Sequence record: PP681140.1
Source of the DNA: Enterobacter phage EC152
Reading direction: 5' to 3' (one strand)
Length of the DNA stretch: 64,000 nucleotides
Shown: one piece after another, positions 47,095 to 56,935 of the stretch
How positions within the stretch are numbered: position 1 is the first letter of the stretch
Layout of the letters: each line of letters opens with the position of its first letter
The notes under the pieces: generated by a model
What the model was told of the DNA's origin: nothing
Databases searched by the model: none
The model's input: only the letters and a program-made list of their open reading frames with translations
Made by a program: the position numbers and the translations under genes

Positions 47095-47582
47095 TCGTTA
47101 CTCAAATACTCGTCCAAATACCGGACATCCAGTTCCCATTTCTCTCGCTTACTCCGTTCATGATACAAGGCAAACGCCTCGCTCACGTACTTCTCTGCAA
47201 CCTGTCTGGAGACACCGTTCACCTTCATGAAGTGACGAAGGGCGATTTCTCCTCTTCCACGAATACCAGCAAGGCCGATATGTTTTACTTCATGACATGA
47301 CGGGCAGAGCGCGATAAGACCTTTCAGCGTGATCTTACCATTACCAAAGTCCCAGATTTCGTGACACTCAACAGGGTGTTTGTTCCCTTTACCACCACAA
47401 ATCTCACATCTATAATTGGCTTTGGCATAGCATTTCTTTCTTACGACATCCCATTGGGATTTAGTGAGGTGAGAGCGTAAGTTAGTAAACCAAGCTGTTT
47501 TCGGAACCAGTTCAATCTCTAATTTCAATTCACCTCCACGAAGCTGCGATAACGACATCAATTGCTCTTTCCCAGCATTCAC
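47091..47582 (-). CDS. HNH/zinc-finger nuclease-like protein
   Basis: CEICGGKG...HPVECHEIW...CPSCHEVKH. Confidence 0.5.
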   Translation of the reverse strand: MNAGKEQLMSLSQLRGGELKLEIELVPKTAWFTNLRSHLTKSQWDVVRKKCYAKANYRCEICGGKGNKHPVECHEIWDFGNGKITLKGLIALCPSCHEVKHIGLAGIRGRGEIALRHFMKVNGVSRQVAEKYVSEAFALYHERSKREKWELDVRYLDEYLSND

Positions 47583-48075
47583 CGAGAAGGTTTAATCCTT
47601 GCCAGTTGGCAGGATCATCAATGCGTGTATCATATTCATTCATTTTAACTCCCCAGATTGCGTCATATGGGGATGCCTCTACAAAGCGACGACCAGCATC
47701 TCTGTGGGTCAGTGCTGCCTCAAGGATGGATCGATTCGCCTTCATTTTCAGAACAAGACCGTTTGTTACAATGTCCATCCGGTTTTCTTCCCAGACACTA
47801 TTGTCAAAGTCCCTGACTTTACGGCCCAGCGCTTTTGCCTCGTTTGGATTGTTAACCGTGGCAATACGTGCAGCAATCTCTTTATCATCAAAGAGCATTG
47901 CTTTCTGGAACATCATAAAGTGCTCAACCGTGAAGAATTCATAGCCACCACAACGGATAGGAATTACCTGACGGAAGTGGTTGCTGAACATATCACGGTA
48001 AGTGAAGAAGAAAACATGCTGATCAGTTATTCTCATTGGTTTTCCTCTTAGTGGAAAGTCTTTTTGGAAGGGCAT
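47530..48075 (-). CDS. NADAR (YbiA-like, DUF1768) domain protein
   Basis: FFFTYRDMFSNH...FFTVEHFMMFQKA...ARIATVNNPNEAKALGRKVRDFD..W...LLEASPYDAIWGV follows the NADAR consensus. Confidence 0.7.
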   Translation of the reverse strand: MPFQKDFPLRGKPMRITDQHVFFFTYRDMFSNHFRQVIPIRCGGYEFFTVEHFMMFQKAMLFDDKEIAARIATVNNPNEAKALGRKVRDFDNSVWEENRMDIVTNGLVLKMKANRSILEAALTHRDAGRRFVEASPYDAIWGVKMNEYDTRIDDPANWQGLNLLGECWERAIDVVIAASWR

Positions 48076-48242
48076 GAACCAGCACCTTCTTTCACAACTG
48101 ACTCTGTGCGATTACCATCGCTATAGATGCAGACTTTGGAGCTTCCATCAGTGTATTCATCCACCAAAGAAAGTGTGTTGACTGTGGCGAATGCCTGGGA
48201 AGAGAGCAGAACTGCTGCTAAAAGAATTGTTGTGCGGATCAT
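48048..48242 (-). CDS. Small secreted protein, 64 aa, with signal peptide
   Basis: MIRTTILLAAVLLSSQAFA. Confidence 0.5.
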   Translation of the reverse strand: MIRTTILLAAVLLSSQAFATVNTLSLVDEYTDGSSKVCIYSDGNRTESVVKEGAGSCPSKKTFH

Positions 48243-48305
48243 TTTGTATCTCCTTTGTTAAGTCGAGACCCGATGATAATACACCACCGGGCCTTTTGTC
48301 AACTC

Positions 48306-49196
48306 TTATTTACCTGCTGGCAGGGTAACGAATGGGGTCTGAGAACCGCTGGTCATGTAGACTGGGGTCACACCGTTCCACTTGTTAATCGCTTCCAGTT
48401 GCATAATCTCTGGGTTTTTGCGGAGAGAATCACCACGAAGTTGGATGGATTCTGCTTCACCTTTTGCCAGTGCTACTTTAGCATCGGCTTCACCCTGAGC
48501 TTGCAGTCGCTTAGATTCTGCTTCACCGCGCGCGGCCTCGATTGCCTTCTGAGCTTCAGCTTTTGTTTGCTGGATTTCGTTCTCACGCAGCAGAGCTTTC
48601 TGAGTAGCCTCGATCTTCGCATTGATGGACGCTGTTACCTGTGGTGGGTAGCCGAGGTCATCAGTGTAAGACAGTTTCACGATCACGATACCGATTGGAT
48701 CAAGTTTCGCTTTCAGGGTTTTCGTCACACGGTCCAGAAGCTGAGATTTACCATCACCAGCCAGCGTACCGATATCCATCGTACCCGCTTCCTTGATCAG
48801 TGCATCAGAGATGTTCTGACGAATGTTGACATCGGTGATTTCCTGAACACCTTTACGGTAAGTCTGGAAGATCTTGGTGACCTTAGAACGATCAACGTAG
48901 TATTCAACACCAATCTTCGCAGTAACCGTCATAGAATCTTTGGTCTGGAAGTTGAAAGGTTGTTCGTAGTTGTTCAACTGGTTGAATGTTGGGAACTGAT
49001 AAATCTCTTCGTTCCACGTCAGCCAGTATTTACCAACACCGACTTCCTGTTGCTGGACTCCCTTCTCATCGCCGTACAGGTCAACCTTGACACCAACATA
49101 ACCTGCCGGGACGGTTGCACGTTCACAACCTGTCAGGCCAATTGCACCCAAAGCGATCAGGCCAGCGAAAACTACACGTTTGATATTCTTAAGCAT
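48306..49196 (-). CDS. SPFH/Band-7 (prohibitin/HflKC-like) lipoprotein
   Basis: Lipobox LTGC, an SPFH core, and a coiled-coil EAQKAIEAARGEAESKRLQAQGEADAKVALAKGEAE typical of the SPFH C-terminal region. Confidence 0.7.
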   Translation of the reverse strand: MLKNIKRVVFAGLIALGAIGLTGCERATVPAGYVGVKVDLYGDEKGVQQQEVGVGKYWLTWNEEIYQFPTFNQLNNYEQPFNFQTKDSMTVTAKIGVEYYVDRSKVTKIFQTYRKGVQEITDVNIRQNISDALIKEAGTMDIGTLAGDGKSQLLDRVTKTLKAKLDPIGIVIVKLSYTDDLGYPPQVTASINAKIEATQKALLRENEIQQTKAEAQKAIEAARGEAESKRLQAQGEADAKVALAKGEAESIQLRGDSLRKNPEIMQLEAINKWNGVTPVYMTSGSQTPFVTLPAGK

Positions 49197-49336
49197 TGGT
49201 TTGGTTCTCCTCTTTGATTTTGTATTCAGTTTTTACAGTTTGGTCAACGTGATCGTCAACAATTTTCGCTACCAAGGCAGCGGCAGACTTATTTCTGGAC
49301 CGGGCCAGATGCTGCAACTTTTCCCAGGTAGATGCT

Positions 49337-49540
49337 TTAAGATTTAGTAGCATCTAAGCCTCCACGTTTAAAGAACACTTTACGTACCCAATACCACACA
49401 ACCGCCGGGGCTGAGAACACCAGGGCGAAACCGCCGATAACGCCCAGTGTATCTTTAGCAGAAACTAAAGTTGGTACTGCGAACCCGAAGATGAAGCAAA
49501 GGAAGACAAATAAGCCAACACCGTTCAGGTAATATTTCAT
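49337..49540 (-). CDS. Membrane protein, 67 aa
   Basis: Two transmembrane segments. Confidence 0.5.
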   Translation of the reverse strand: MKYYLNGVGLFVFLCFIFGFAVPTLVSAKDTLGVIGGFALVFSAPAVVWYWVRKVFFKRGGLDATKS

Positions 49541-49899
49541 TATTCGGAACCTTCTTCGCCGTCATCAGCTTCAGTTTGTGCAACATTCGGAGTACCACGA
49601 CCAAACAGGATATCAGCCTCGGTCATCTGCTCAACCTGTTCTTCCAGGTCTTTACGCTTTTTGCCAGCCTGATACTGACGGTCAAACTCTGCTGCTACCA
49701 GCGTTTTGATGAACTTAGGATCGTAGTTGTGGCTGTCCTTCTCTACAGCAACGATATCCTTGAACTGGCTCGCTGCATCTTTCTGGGCGATCTTCGCATC
49801 AACACCTTCCTGAATTACTTTCTTCAGGCGATTACGCTCTGCTGGATCAGAAGGCAGGGGGTTTTTCAGTTCTACTTTGATTTTAGGCATACGTGGCAT
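49540..49899 (-). CDS. Hypothetical protein, 119 aa
   Basis: ORF on the minus strand. Confidence 0.55.
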   Translation of the reverse strand: MPRMPKIKVELKNPLPSDPAERNRLKKVIQEGVDAKIAQKDAASQFKDIVAVEKDSHNYDPKFIKTLVAAEFDRQYQAGKKRKDLEEQVEQMTEADILFGRGTPNVAQTEADDGEEGSE

Positions 49900-49967
49900 A
49901 GTTTTGTTTCTCCTCTGTTTGTTTAGTCTGTTCAGTATAGCTACTTAATTATTTTTGTCAAACACTT

Positions 49968-50189
49968 TTAATCAATGCCGACAATCTTTCCACCGGAGCG
50001 CTCAATCTGAGCTACATATGCTGCGAGCGTACCCAGAGTACATTCGTAGGCATATTTCTTAGCACCGCCCCAGCGACGTTTCATGGTGAATCTGATCAGG
50101 TATCGTGTGCTTGGTCCACGACTAACAATTCTGATTCCAAGGCGATTAGCGATTTCGATAATCTCAGGATAATCAATAATTTCTTCCAC
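49968..50189 (-). CDS. Hypothetical protein, 73 aa
   Basis: ORF on the minus strand. Confidence 0.45.
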   Translation of the reverse strand: MEEIIDYPEIIEIANRLGIRIVSRGPSTRYLIRFTMKRRWGGAKKYAYECTLGTLAAYVAQIERSGGKIVGID

Positions 50190-50242
50190 TGCGTTCTCCT
50201 CTTTGTCTTGATGGGGTCATTATACAGACCCCTTATTCATTG

Positions 50243-50932
50243 TCAAGCGATAATTTTCGGACTTTCGAAAGTGCTTGGTTTCATGATCTTGCCATTTCTA
50301 TCGAAGAAGACAAGGCGTGAACCTTTGACGTCTGGGTTTCGGATATCAATTACCTCACGGAAACCAACACCTTCATAACGACCATTAGAACGGTCTTCGA
50401 TTGCTTTACATTCTTGACGTAAAGCTTCGGCTTTCTCCTTACCGGGCCACAAGGCAAGAATATCCTGCACATATGGGTATTTGGTATCGTTTGAATGTAA
50501 CACCTGACGCATGTTGTAGTCAAGATTAATATCAAGACGATAGCACAGCGCAGTCACCAGCTTCAGCACATAAACAGGATCTTGCATGTTACCATAGAGG
50601 TTGTGCTCCAGATCACCAATCGTAAACGTCAATGTTGGAGAAGGGGTACAGGCCTCACGTAAATACTCAGGGCTTTTCAACTGGCAAGCATATGAGGCCA
50701 CAACAAAGAGATCGCAGGCAGCGTCAACAGTTTCAATGCGGTCTCCAACACGGAGTGCATCAACGAGTTCGTTGAATTCTTCACGAATAAAACCCCATTG
50801 CAGACTGAAAGGTGTTGCCACATTATTGCGAGCACGATATGCAACATGGTTCCATTCAATCACATGCTCCGCGTATGCGTACAGATCTGATGGTTTTGTC
50901 ATCGCTAAAAGTGTTTCGTAAACCTTACTCAT
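50243..50932 (-). CDS. Possible MazG-like all-alpha NTP pyrophosphohydrolase, 229 aa
   Basis: IREEFNELVDAL...TVDAACDLFVVASYA resembles the MazG EExxE...D core; weak. Confidence 0.3.
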   Translation of the reverse strand: MSKVYETLLAMTKPSDLYAYAEHVIEWNHVAYRARNNVATPFSLQWGFIREEFNELVDALRVGDRIETVDAACDLFVVASYACQLKSPEYLREACTPSPTLTFTIGDLEHNLYGNMQDPVYVLKLVTALCYRLDINLDYNMRQVLHSNDTKYPYVQDILALWPGKEKAEALRQECKAIEDRSNGRYEGVGFREVIDIRNPDVKGSRLVFFDRNGKIMKPSTFESPKIIA

Positions 50933-50941
50933 TGATTCTCC

Positions 50942-51313
50942 TTAATTAATTACATCTGTCGCGTGATCACCTTCCGGTTGGTCACGAATAATTCTTAATG
51001 GCAAAAGAGCACCGTTCTTAGCTACGAACAGGCATTTGTCGCCATATGTCCCATTCTTGTACCAAGAATAAGACGTATTCACCTTGTAGGCCATACCGTC
51101 GAATTGACAGGTCATGGTGTTCCACAACGGTTTGGTAAGGGCCAGCGTTACCAGGCCCAACACAACAGCCCAAATCAACAGCAGACGTTTCACCTTTCCC
51201 TGAGTCCAGTCAATGAAATCGTCAAGCTTGTCTTTCCGGAAACGGTAGGCGATATAAATACCGCCCCCGGTTACCAGTGTTGCCCCAAAGAGCGCCAGCC
51301 AATACCAGATCAT
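50942..51313 (-). CDS. Membrane protein, 123 aa
   Basis: Two N-terminal transmembrane segments. Confidence 0.55.
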   Translation of the reverse strand: MIWYWLALFGATLVTGGGIYIAYRFRKDKLDDFIDWTQGKVKRLLLIWAVVLGLVTLALTKPLWNTMTCQFDGMAYKVNTSYSWYKNGTYGDKCLFVAKNGALLPLRIIRDQPEGDHATDVIN

Positions 51314-51777
51314 TATGCACGTACCTCTGTTACCTTCACGGTTGCTTCACCGCGAAGTTGGATGTTGGAACCATCGTCGAGAGTGAGAATGATATCATCA
51401 CCACTGATTTTGTGGCCTTTAACAATATAATCTTTTCCCCACATCTCTACCTTATCACCCATCACGACATTTTTGGCCTTGTAATCACCCGGCAGGCGAT
51501 CTTCATCGCTAACCGCTTCATAAAGGTCGCTAAACGCTTGTGGGGACATTGCTGTGAACTGGTCACCCACTTTCACAATGTAATCACCGGGAAACGCCTG
51601 AACACCGTTAACATCCATATTCCGGATATCCCGTGTATGGATCTCAGAATCTTTCCATACCCCGGTCTCGACCCACTTGGTAACTTGACCAACCCCGGTG
51701 CTAGACCCGTTGAATACGTGTGCTTCAACCTCTTGAGGTTTGCGACTATAGAATCCCATTAGTATACTGGCTCCCAT
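51313..51777 (-). CDS. Hypothetical protein, 154 aa
   Basis: ORF on the minus strand. Confidence 0.55.
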   Translation of the reverse strand: MGASILMGFYSRKPQEVEAHVFNGSSTGVGQVTKWVETGVWKDSEIHTRDIRNMDVNGVQAFPGDYIVKVGDQFTAMSPQAFSDLYEAVSDEDRLPGDYKAKNVVMGDKVEMWGKDYIVKGHKISGDDIILTLDDGSNIQLRGEATVKVTEVRA

Positions 51778-53057
51778 GTTAATGTGTTAAGTTCACGTAC
51801 ACTCTGTCCCACTGGGAACTGAGGTACACCATCATCAGTGCGAGACTGGAATGTAAAGTTGATGAAACCACCAACCAACAGCAACATCTTCGCCTGAGAA
51901 CGTTCTGCATGTGTGCCTTTCATTTTACAGTTGAATCGTGTTCCGTCCTGTTCTTCACAAAGCAGAACACCCTCGCCATTTTTGTCCTCTATAGAATCAA
52001 GGACCTTGGCCTCACCATCCTGGAACAGCTTCCATTTCTGGAGATCAGAGGATCGTTGACCGAACTCGTAGACACCTTTGAAGTTACGGATGATCGACCC
52101 TTCAAATCCTTGCTCCATGTATTTACCGATGGACCACTTAACTTCTCTCTCAGAAGTGACAACAATACCAGCGATAACTTTTACCAATGGAACGTTGAGT
52201 TCGCACTCGACAGCATCAGTAACAGCCAGAAGGTCTTGGTGTCTGGTCTTATCGTGTTCATAAGAATACCAAGGACTCTGTGCATTCACCGGAATGTCAA
52301 AGATATGATACTCAAGGTCAAGACTCGAATAACCACTGTAGCGATCAACGTCCTTCACAGGTTTATACGTTGAAACAGCCCACACGTTGCCGTCAAAGTC
52401 TTTCCAGAGATGTTCACCTGCTTCAACAGCCTTGTTGTAACGCTTGATATCAGCTTGATAATCCTTTTCGATCTCGGATTCAATCTGTTCAGGTGTACGC
52501 CACTTCTTAGCAAGAGCAACAATCTTCTGTAGACTCAGGCCATGAATATACAGTTCACCATCGAACTTGTCAAACCCTGAATGCTCTGCAAGTTCCTTAA
52601 CTTGCTGTAGCAGAGCGCCCTGCACAGGGTATGTCTTGTTTCCACGACTATTAAACACCGGGATGCCATTCTTGTCAAGAGTTACAAGAGCACGAACACC
52701 GTCAAGCTTTGGCTGCACATAGGCAGGATAGACGATAGCTGAAGATCGCTTGATCGCATCGTGTGCCAACATAGGAGAAAAGTTTTCTTCCTCTACGAGC
52801 TTGCTTGTATCGTCACGATATCCAAGACGAACCTGTTTCTCCCACTTAGAAACAGCCTCAACCCATGCCTGCTGTTCTGCGGTGGTTTCATTAGATCGCC
52901 CAACATTCTTAGGTTCACAGGTTGTAACCTTCTGTTGCTTCTTACCACCGACCTTACCAAACTCCACTACGACCTGATCACCTACAATAAACACCTTCCA
53001 ACACTGGAAAGAACCGTCTTTGTTCAGTGCGAAAAGTGTTGAGTTAACTTGCTGCAT
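51759..53057 (-). CDS. ATP-dependent DNA ligase
   Basis: Adenylation motif I KLDGVR and the downstream nucleotidyltransferase/OB architecture. Confidence 0.8.
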   Translation of the reverse strand: MQQVNSTLFALNKDGSFQCWKVFIVGDQVVVEFGKVGGKKQQKVTTCEPKNVGRSNETTAEQQAWVEAVSKWEKQVRLGYRDDTSKLVEEENFSPMLAHDAIKRSSAIVYPAYVQPKLDGVRALVTLDKNGIPVFNSRGNKTYPVQGALLQQVKELAEHSGFDKFDGELYIHGLSLQKIVALAKKWRTPEQIESEIEKDYQADIKRYNKAVEAGEHLWKDFDGNVWAVSTYKPVKDVDRYSGYSSLDLEYHIFDIPVNAQSPWYSYEHDKTRHQDLLAVTDAVECELNVPLVKVIAGIVVTSEREVKWSIGKYMEQGFEGSIIRNFKGVYEFGQRSSDLQKWKLFQDGEAKVLDSIEDKNGEGVLLCEEQDGTRFNCKMKGTHAERSQAKMLLLVGGFINFTFQSRTDDGVPQFPVGQSVRELNTLTWEPVY

Positions 53058-53833
53058 TATTTCTCCTTTTTCTGTAAAGGCGTTTTTCCTTCAAGGTGGT
53101 CTTCAACCATATTGATTAAACCGGGGTTGCTGAAAGCATCAACAGCGCCTGCCCGATAAACGATAACACCCGCATCTTCATACATCAACTGCTCATCATA
53201 GCGAACACCTGGGTTAACAACCACCACCTTTGTTCCTCGCATGACAGCAGGGAAAAGTTCCCAGTTGAAGTTGATCACTGTGTTTGAACAACCAACCACA
53301 ATAACCATGTCTTCAGATGTCAAGCTATCTAAGGTCGAATATAGCTGCCCGTATGCAGGCGCAGTTTCACCAAAAAAGATAACGTTAGGCTTGCACCATC
53401 CATAATCATCTGGGTCAATCTGCTCATAGCCAACATCAATGATCTTTTTAGGTGATCCAGCCTCAGTCTCAATCACCAACTCTTTCAGATAACCATGAAT
53501 ATAAAGCGTATCTTCTTTAGGAACGCCTGCACGTTCCAACAGGTCATCAACGTTAGTTGTCAAGTTAATAACCTGGTTAGGATAGTTTTTATACCACTCT
53601 GCCACACGCATATGTGCAGCGTTAGGATGCACAGTTTGCAGTTCTGCACGACGCTTGTTATAAAAAGTATGCGTCTTGTGGTAAAAATTACCACGGAAGG
53701 CATGGATGTTGCATACCTCTTCAAGGTCATACTCATCCCACAAGGCCTTCCCGGAGTTCGTATCGGTACGGAATGTACGGATTCCGCTTTCAGCAGAAAA
53801 TCCAGCACCGCTAATGACATATAAGCGCCTCAA
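53057..53833 (-). CDS. Sir2-family NAD-dependent deacylase (CobB-like) lacking the zinc ribbon
   Basis: GAGFSAESGIRTFR, TTNVDDLLERAG, catalytic-His motif YIHGYL and VIFFGE match CobB along the length; the CxxC pairs are absent. Confidence 0.8.
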   Translation of the reverse strand: MRRLYVISGAGFSAESGIRTFRTDTNSGKALWDEYDLEEVCNIHAFRGNFYHKTHTFYNKRRAELQTVHPNAAHMRVAEWYKNYPNQVINLTTNVDDLLERAGVPKEDTLYIHGYLKELVIETEAGSPKKIIDVGYEQIDPDDYGWCKPNVIFFGETAPAYGQLYSTLDSLTSEDMVIVVGCSNTVINFNWELFPAVMRGTKVVVVNPGVRYDEQLMYEDAGVIVYRAGAVDAFSNPGLINMVEDHLEGKTPLQKKEK

Positions 53834-53843
53834 ATATTTCTCC

Positions 53844-54269
53844 TTATTGCAATTTCAATGAGTTACGCAGACGACGCTCTTGAGCATCACGAGTTTCCTG
53901 CGGAACGCTGTGAATAGAATCATTGCCATGACGGTTCTCGACAACCAGGCTAATGACGCGATACCCATACTCCTCAGCCAACTTAAGGTATGGTTTCAGT
54001 TCTTTTTCACTGGTTGATGTGTTGGACACAATGATCTTACTGGAATTGCCAAAACCATTGAAGTCATTCTCCATCCACTCGCGAACCTGTTCTTGACACC
54101 ATGCATGTGCCGCCTGAATATTCTCAGGTTTCCAGTCATAAACACCATCTTCCGTATAGTGGAATTTATCTGCTTCACATACAGGCCACAAACCCTCTGC
54201 GAGCATGTCTGCAACCGTAGACTTACCAGCACCAGACACACCACGCAGGATAATAAGAGTCTTTTCCAT
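53844..54269 (-). CDS. Polynucleotide 5'-kinase (P-loop, kinase-only)
   Basis: LRGVSGAGKST Walker A, about 140 aa; resembles the T4 Pnk kinase domain. Confidence 0.65.
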   Translation of the reverse strand: MEKTLIILRGVSGAGKSTVADMLAEGLWPVCEADKFHYTEDGVYDWKPENIQAAHAWCQEQVREWMENDFNGFGNSSKIIVSNTSTSEKELKPYLKLAEEYGYRVISLVVENRHGNDSIHSVPQETRDAQERRLRNSLKLQ

Positions 54270-54278
54270 CTCTTCTCC

Positions 54279-54623
54279 TCAGTAATTGTTTCTCAGAATG
54301 CTCACACCATACCGAGCCATGCTCTCTTTTGCAAGCATAAATTTGTGTCCTGCCGATGGATTAGATGTATGCACGAACAGTTTAATCGGACCAAACAACA
54401 TCTTACCAAAGACAATCTTTTCCTCAAGATTAAGGAAGCACCAATACCCGTCATGGTCTGATTCCTCACCAAGGTCGTTATCGAAGTGCCACTCGGTGAC
54501 ACGACGATATGGTTTACTACGATCTTCGAGGAACTCCATAAACTCTTCAGAGTTCTTTAACCACAAGGCATCCGGATAACCATAATCTTTTGGGTCGCGA
54601 AGGTCATCCAACCAGATTATCAT
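54279..54623 (-). CDS. Hypothetical protein, 114 aa
   Basis: ORF on the minus strand. Confidence 0.55.
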   Translation of the reverse strand: MIIWLDDLRDPKDYGYPDALWLKNSEEFMEFLEDRSKPYRRVTEWHFDNDLGEESDHDGYWCFLNLEEKIVFGKMLFGPIKLFVHTSNPSAGHKFMLAKESMARYGVSILRNNY

Positions 54624-54856
54624 TTCTCACCCCTTTCCTTGTGAGGGTAGATTGAACACCCAACACCGTAGCAGCAGATCATGGCAATGATGAATAGAAT
54701 ACCGCCAAAAATTACTTGACCACCAAGCGTTTCGATAACCCAATTCACAAAAATTATCAGTGCAGACAACAATACAAACACAGATAACCCAATGATAAAT
54801 CTAGTAATTACCGAAACAGCACGGTCGCATTTGTCCTTAATACTCATAAGTTTCAT
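54620..54856 (-). CDS. Membrane protein, 78 aa
   Basis: Two transmembrane segments. Confidence 0.5.
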   Translation of the reverse strand: MKLMSIKDKCDRAVSVITRFIIGLSVFVLLSALIIFVNWVIETLGGQVIFGGILFIIAMICCYGVGCSIYPHKERGEK

Positions 54857-55773
54857 TTGCGGTCCTCGAAATATTTTTCAATGATCATACGCCGATACTG
54901 AGAGTCCTTAGCGGCCCACTCTTCTTTTTCGTAAGCCCAGCGAAGCCAGTCAAGGAGTTCGTAGAACTCTTCGTCAATACGCTGTTTGGCATTCTGAGGA
55001 TTATCCCAGATCATGTCCCACTTGTTCTGGCTACCCCGCATCAAGAACTTCTTCGCCAGGTAGTGTGGTGACTTGATTTTCAGGAGTAATTCTCCGGTAT
55101 CAACATCACGTACAACAAAACCTTCATGGTGTACTTCCTTGGATGCTTTCACAACATCACTGAAGATCATGTTATCCCATCCAGCACGTTTCCATCCATA
55201 ACGGTTTGCAACCTTATCAAGGTCCCATTCAGGAAGCATACCACCACTAAGGTGGACACGGCAACCGATCAGGTATGCACCAGCCTCTTCTGCGACGATA
55301 TGTGGATCACTTTCATCACAGATTTCGAAAATCAGTGTACATGGTCCAGCACCCTTGACAAAATAATCCAGAAGATCAGGCGACATTGCACCAACGATCT
55401 TTTCTTTTGCCATATGAGCGAATTCAGAATCGAGTGTCCCCGTTGTTGAGACAATGACCTCACCATTGTAAACACTCATAGCAGCCATAAAGCCATTAAC
55501 TTTACGAGGTACACACACCAACTGGTCCCGTGGAACATCGGTGTTATTCTCGAAGCGGTTGAAAATCTTCGTGAAAGGCCAGATAACAACGTTGTCCTCT
55601 GCATCAACAACCATGCCACGGCACTCAAGAAGACGTGCGTCTGTGTGCCATAAGTTATCCCAGAACACATTGTTCTTATATTTCAGAACAGACAGACCCG
55701 CGAACGGGCCTTCGGTGTAAGTCTTTTTGGTTACCAGCTTTTTAGCTACCAGATCGTCTACGTTAAATTTCAT
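54853..55773 (-). CDS. RNA ligase-like nucleotidyltransferase
   Basis: Covalent nucleotidyltransferase features (motif I-like PRKVNGF) and size similar to Rnl2-type RNA ligases; sits beside pnk. Confidence 0.45.
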   Translation of the reverse strand: MKFNVDDLVAKKLVTKKTYTEGPFAGLSVLKYKNNVFWDNLWHTDARLLECRGMVVDAEDNVVIWPFTKIFNRFENNTDVPRDQLVCVPRKVNGFMAAMSVYNGEVIVSTTGTLDSEFAHMAKEKIVGAMSPDLLDYFVKGAGPCTLIFEICDESDPHIVAEEAGAYLIGCRVHLSGGMLPEWDLDKVANRYGWKRAGWDNMIFSDVVKASKEVHHEGFVVRDVDTGELLLKIKSPHYLAKKFLMRGSQNKWDMIWDNPQNAKQRIDEEFYELLDWLRWAYEKEEWAAKDSQYRRMIIEKYFEDRK

Positions 55774-55977
55774 TTTTGTCCCCTACTTTTTCTTGAAGAA
55801 TGTCTGGATTATACATGCCTCACGGCGGCTGTCAATACTTTGTTCTGGCATTGATGCCGCTGTTACAAGTTTAGCAACATCGCGCTTGTCGATGGAGCCA
55901 TACGCACCAGAATCCATCATGAAGAAAATCTTGTCTTGGGTAATTTTATGAACTTTCATAAGTCCTCTCTTAGGTAA

Positions 55978-56373
55978 TTAACTACGCTTTTCGTAACCTT
56001 CTGCCTGATAGTAGGTAGTATTGTGCGGTGTTTCAATGCTAAAACTGATCTGGCAGAGTTCTTGGGCTAAGAATGTACCAAGTTCAACAGCCATGTCAAG
56101 TATTTCGTGCTCAGGACGCTCAAAGCGCGGGTACTGCATGATCCGGGCAGTCATACCATCCTCAACACCACCTGTGTACACGTAGGTACACGGGGAGATC
56201 TGCACACAAGCGCCTTTCATCACCCACTGGCGACACAGGTTTTCAGCCTGATTGTAGTTGCCAGCGATGTGAATTGTTGCATAGAAAGACTTAGAAGTCT
56301 TCTTTGGTAAAAAATTACGAGGCTTGTTGTGCATATTATTCTCCATGATCAACAGTGTAAATTGGTTTAGCAA
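55978..56373 (-). CDS. Hypothetical protein, 131 aa
   Basis: ORF on the minus strand. Confidence 0.5.
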   Translation of the reverse strand: MLNQFTLLIMENNMHNKPRNFLPKKTSKSFYATIHIAGNYNQAENLCRQWVMKGACVQISPCTYVYTGGVEDGMTARIMQYPRFERPEHEILDMAVELGTFLAQELCQISFSIETPHNTTYYQAEGYEKRS

Positions 56374-56935
56374 GGCACATCATAACAGCTTCACGCATCG
56401 TTAAAGGACGACCATGCACATCCCAACCCACATCCAAAATACGCCCACCAGGGGCCGTATAGGAGCCGTGGCTGTGACCGTGCAGCATTACCGACCCGTG
56501 GTGAGCTTTATTCCACGAGGCAAAAGGATAGTGGGACATACATACCTTCACCTTTTCTTTTCCGGTGCTGAACTCAATTTCCTTATAGTCCACAACTTCA
56601 TGACCAAACTCACGGAAGATACGCTTGGTCTGATGGTTGTCATGATTACCACCAACCAGAATGATCTTCCCATTGATACGACTCAGGATATCACGAACTT
56701 TTGGCTCAACATGCTTACCATAGGCAATAACGAAATCCCCCAGGTGTGCCACCACATCGTCAGGCTTGACGTGTTTGTTCCACGTCTTAACCATGTCGTC
56801 ATTCATTTTTACAACTGAGGCTGAGTCTTCTTTCGGGCCGTACAGGTTCTTACGGAACTTATCACACGATGGGAAACCAAGAATGTTGGTGTGCCACCAG
56901 TGGGTGTCTGATGTAACGTGATCAATTTGAATCAT
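56336..56935 (-). CDS. Calcineurin-like metallophosphoesterase
   Basis: Motifs DTHWWH, GDFV(I)..., GGNHDNH, HGHSH. Confidence 0.75.
   Translation of the reverse strand: MIQIDHVTSDTHWWHTNILGFPSCDKFRKNLYGPKEDSASVVKMNDDMVKTWNKHVKPDDVVAHLGDFVIAYGKHVEPKVRDILSRINGKIILVGGNHDNHQTKRIFREFGHEVVDYKEIEFSTGKEKVKVCMSHYPFASWNKAHHGSVMLHGHSHGSYTAPGGRILDVGWDVHGRPLTMREAVMMCLAKPIYTVDHGE

Noticed and set aside
48255-49217. 320-aa plus-strand ORF antisense to the SPFH gene
   Set aside because: Antisense shadow; the SPFH reading frame has lipobox and coiled-coil signatures
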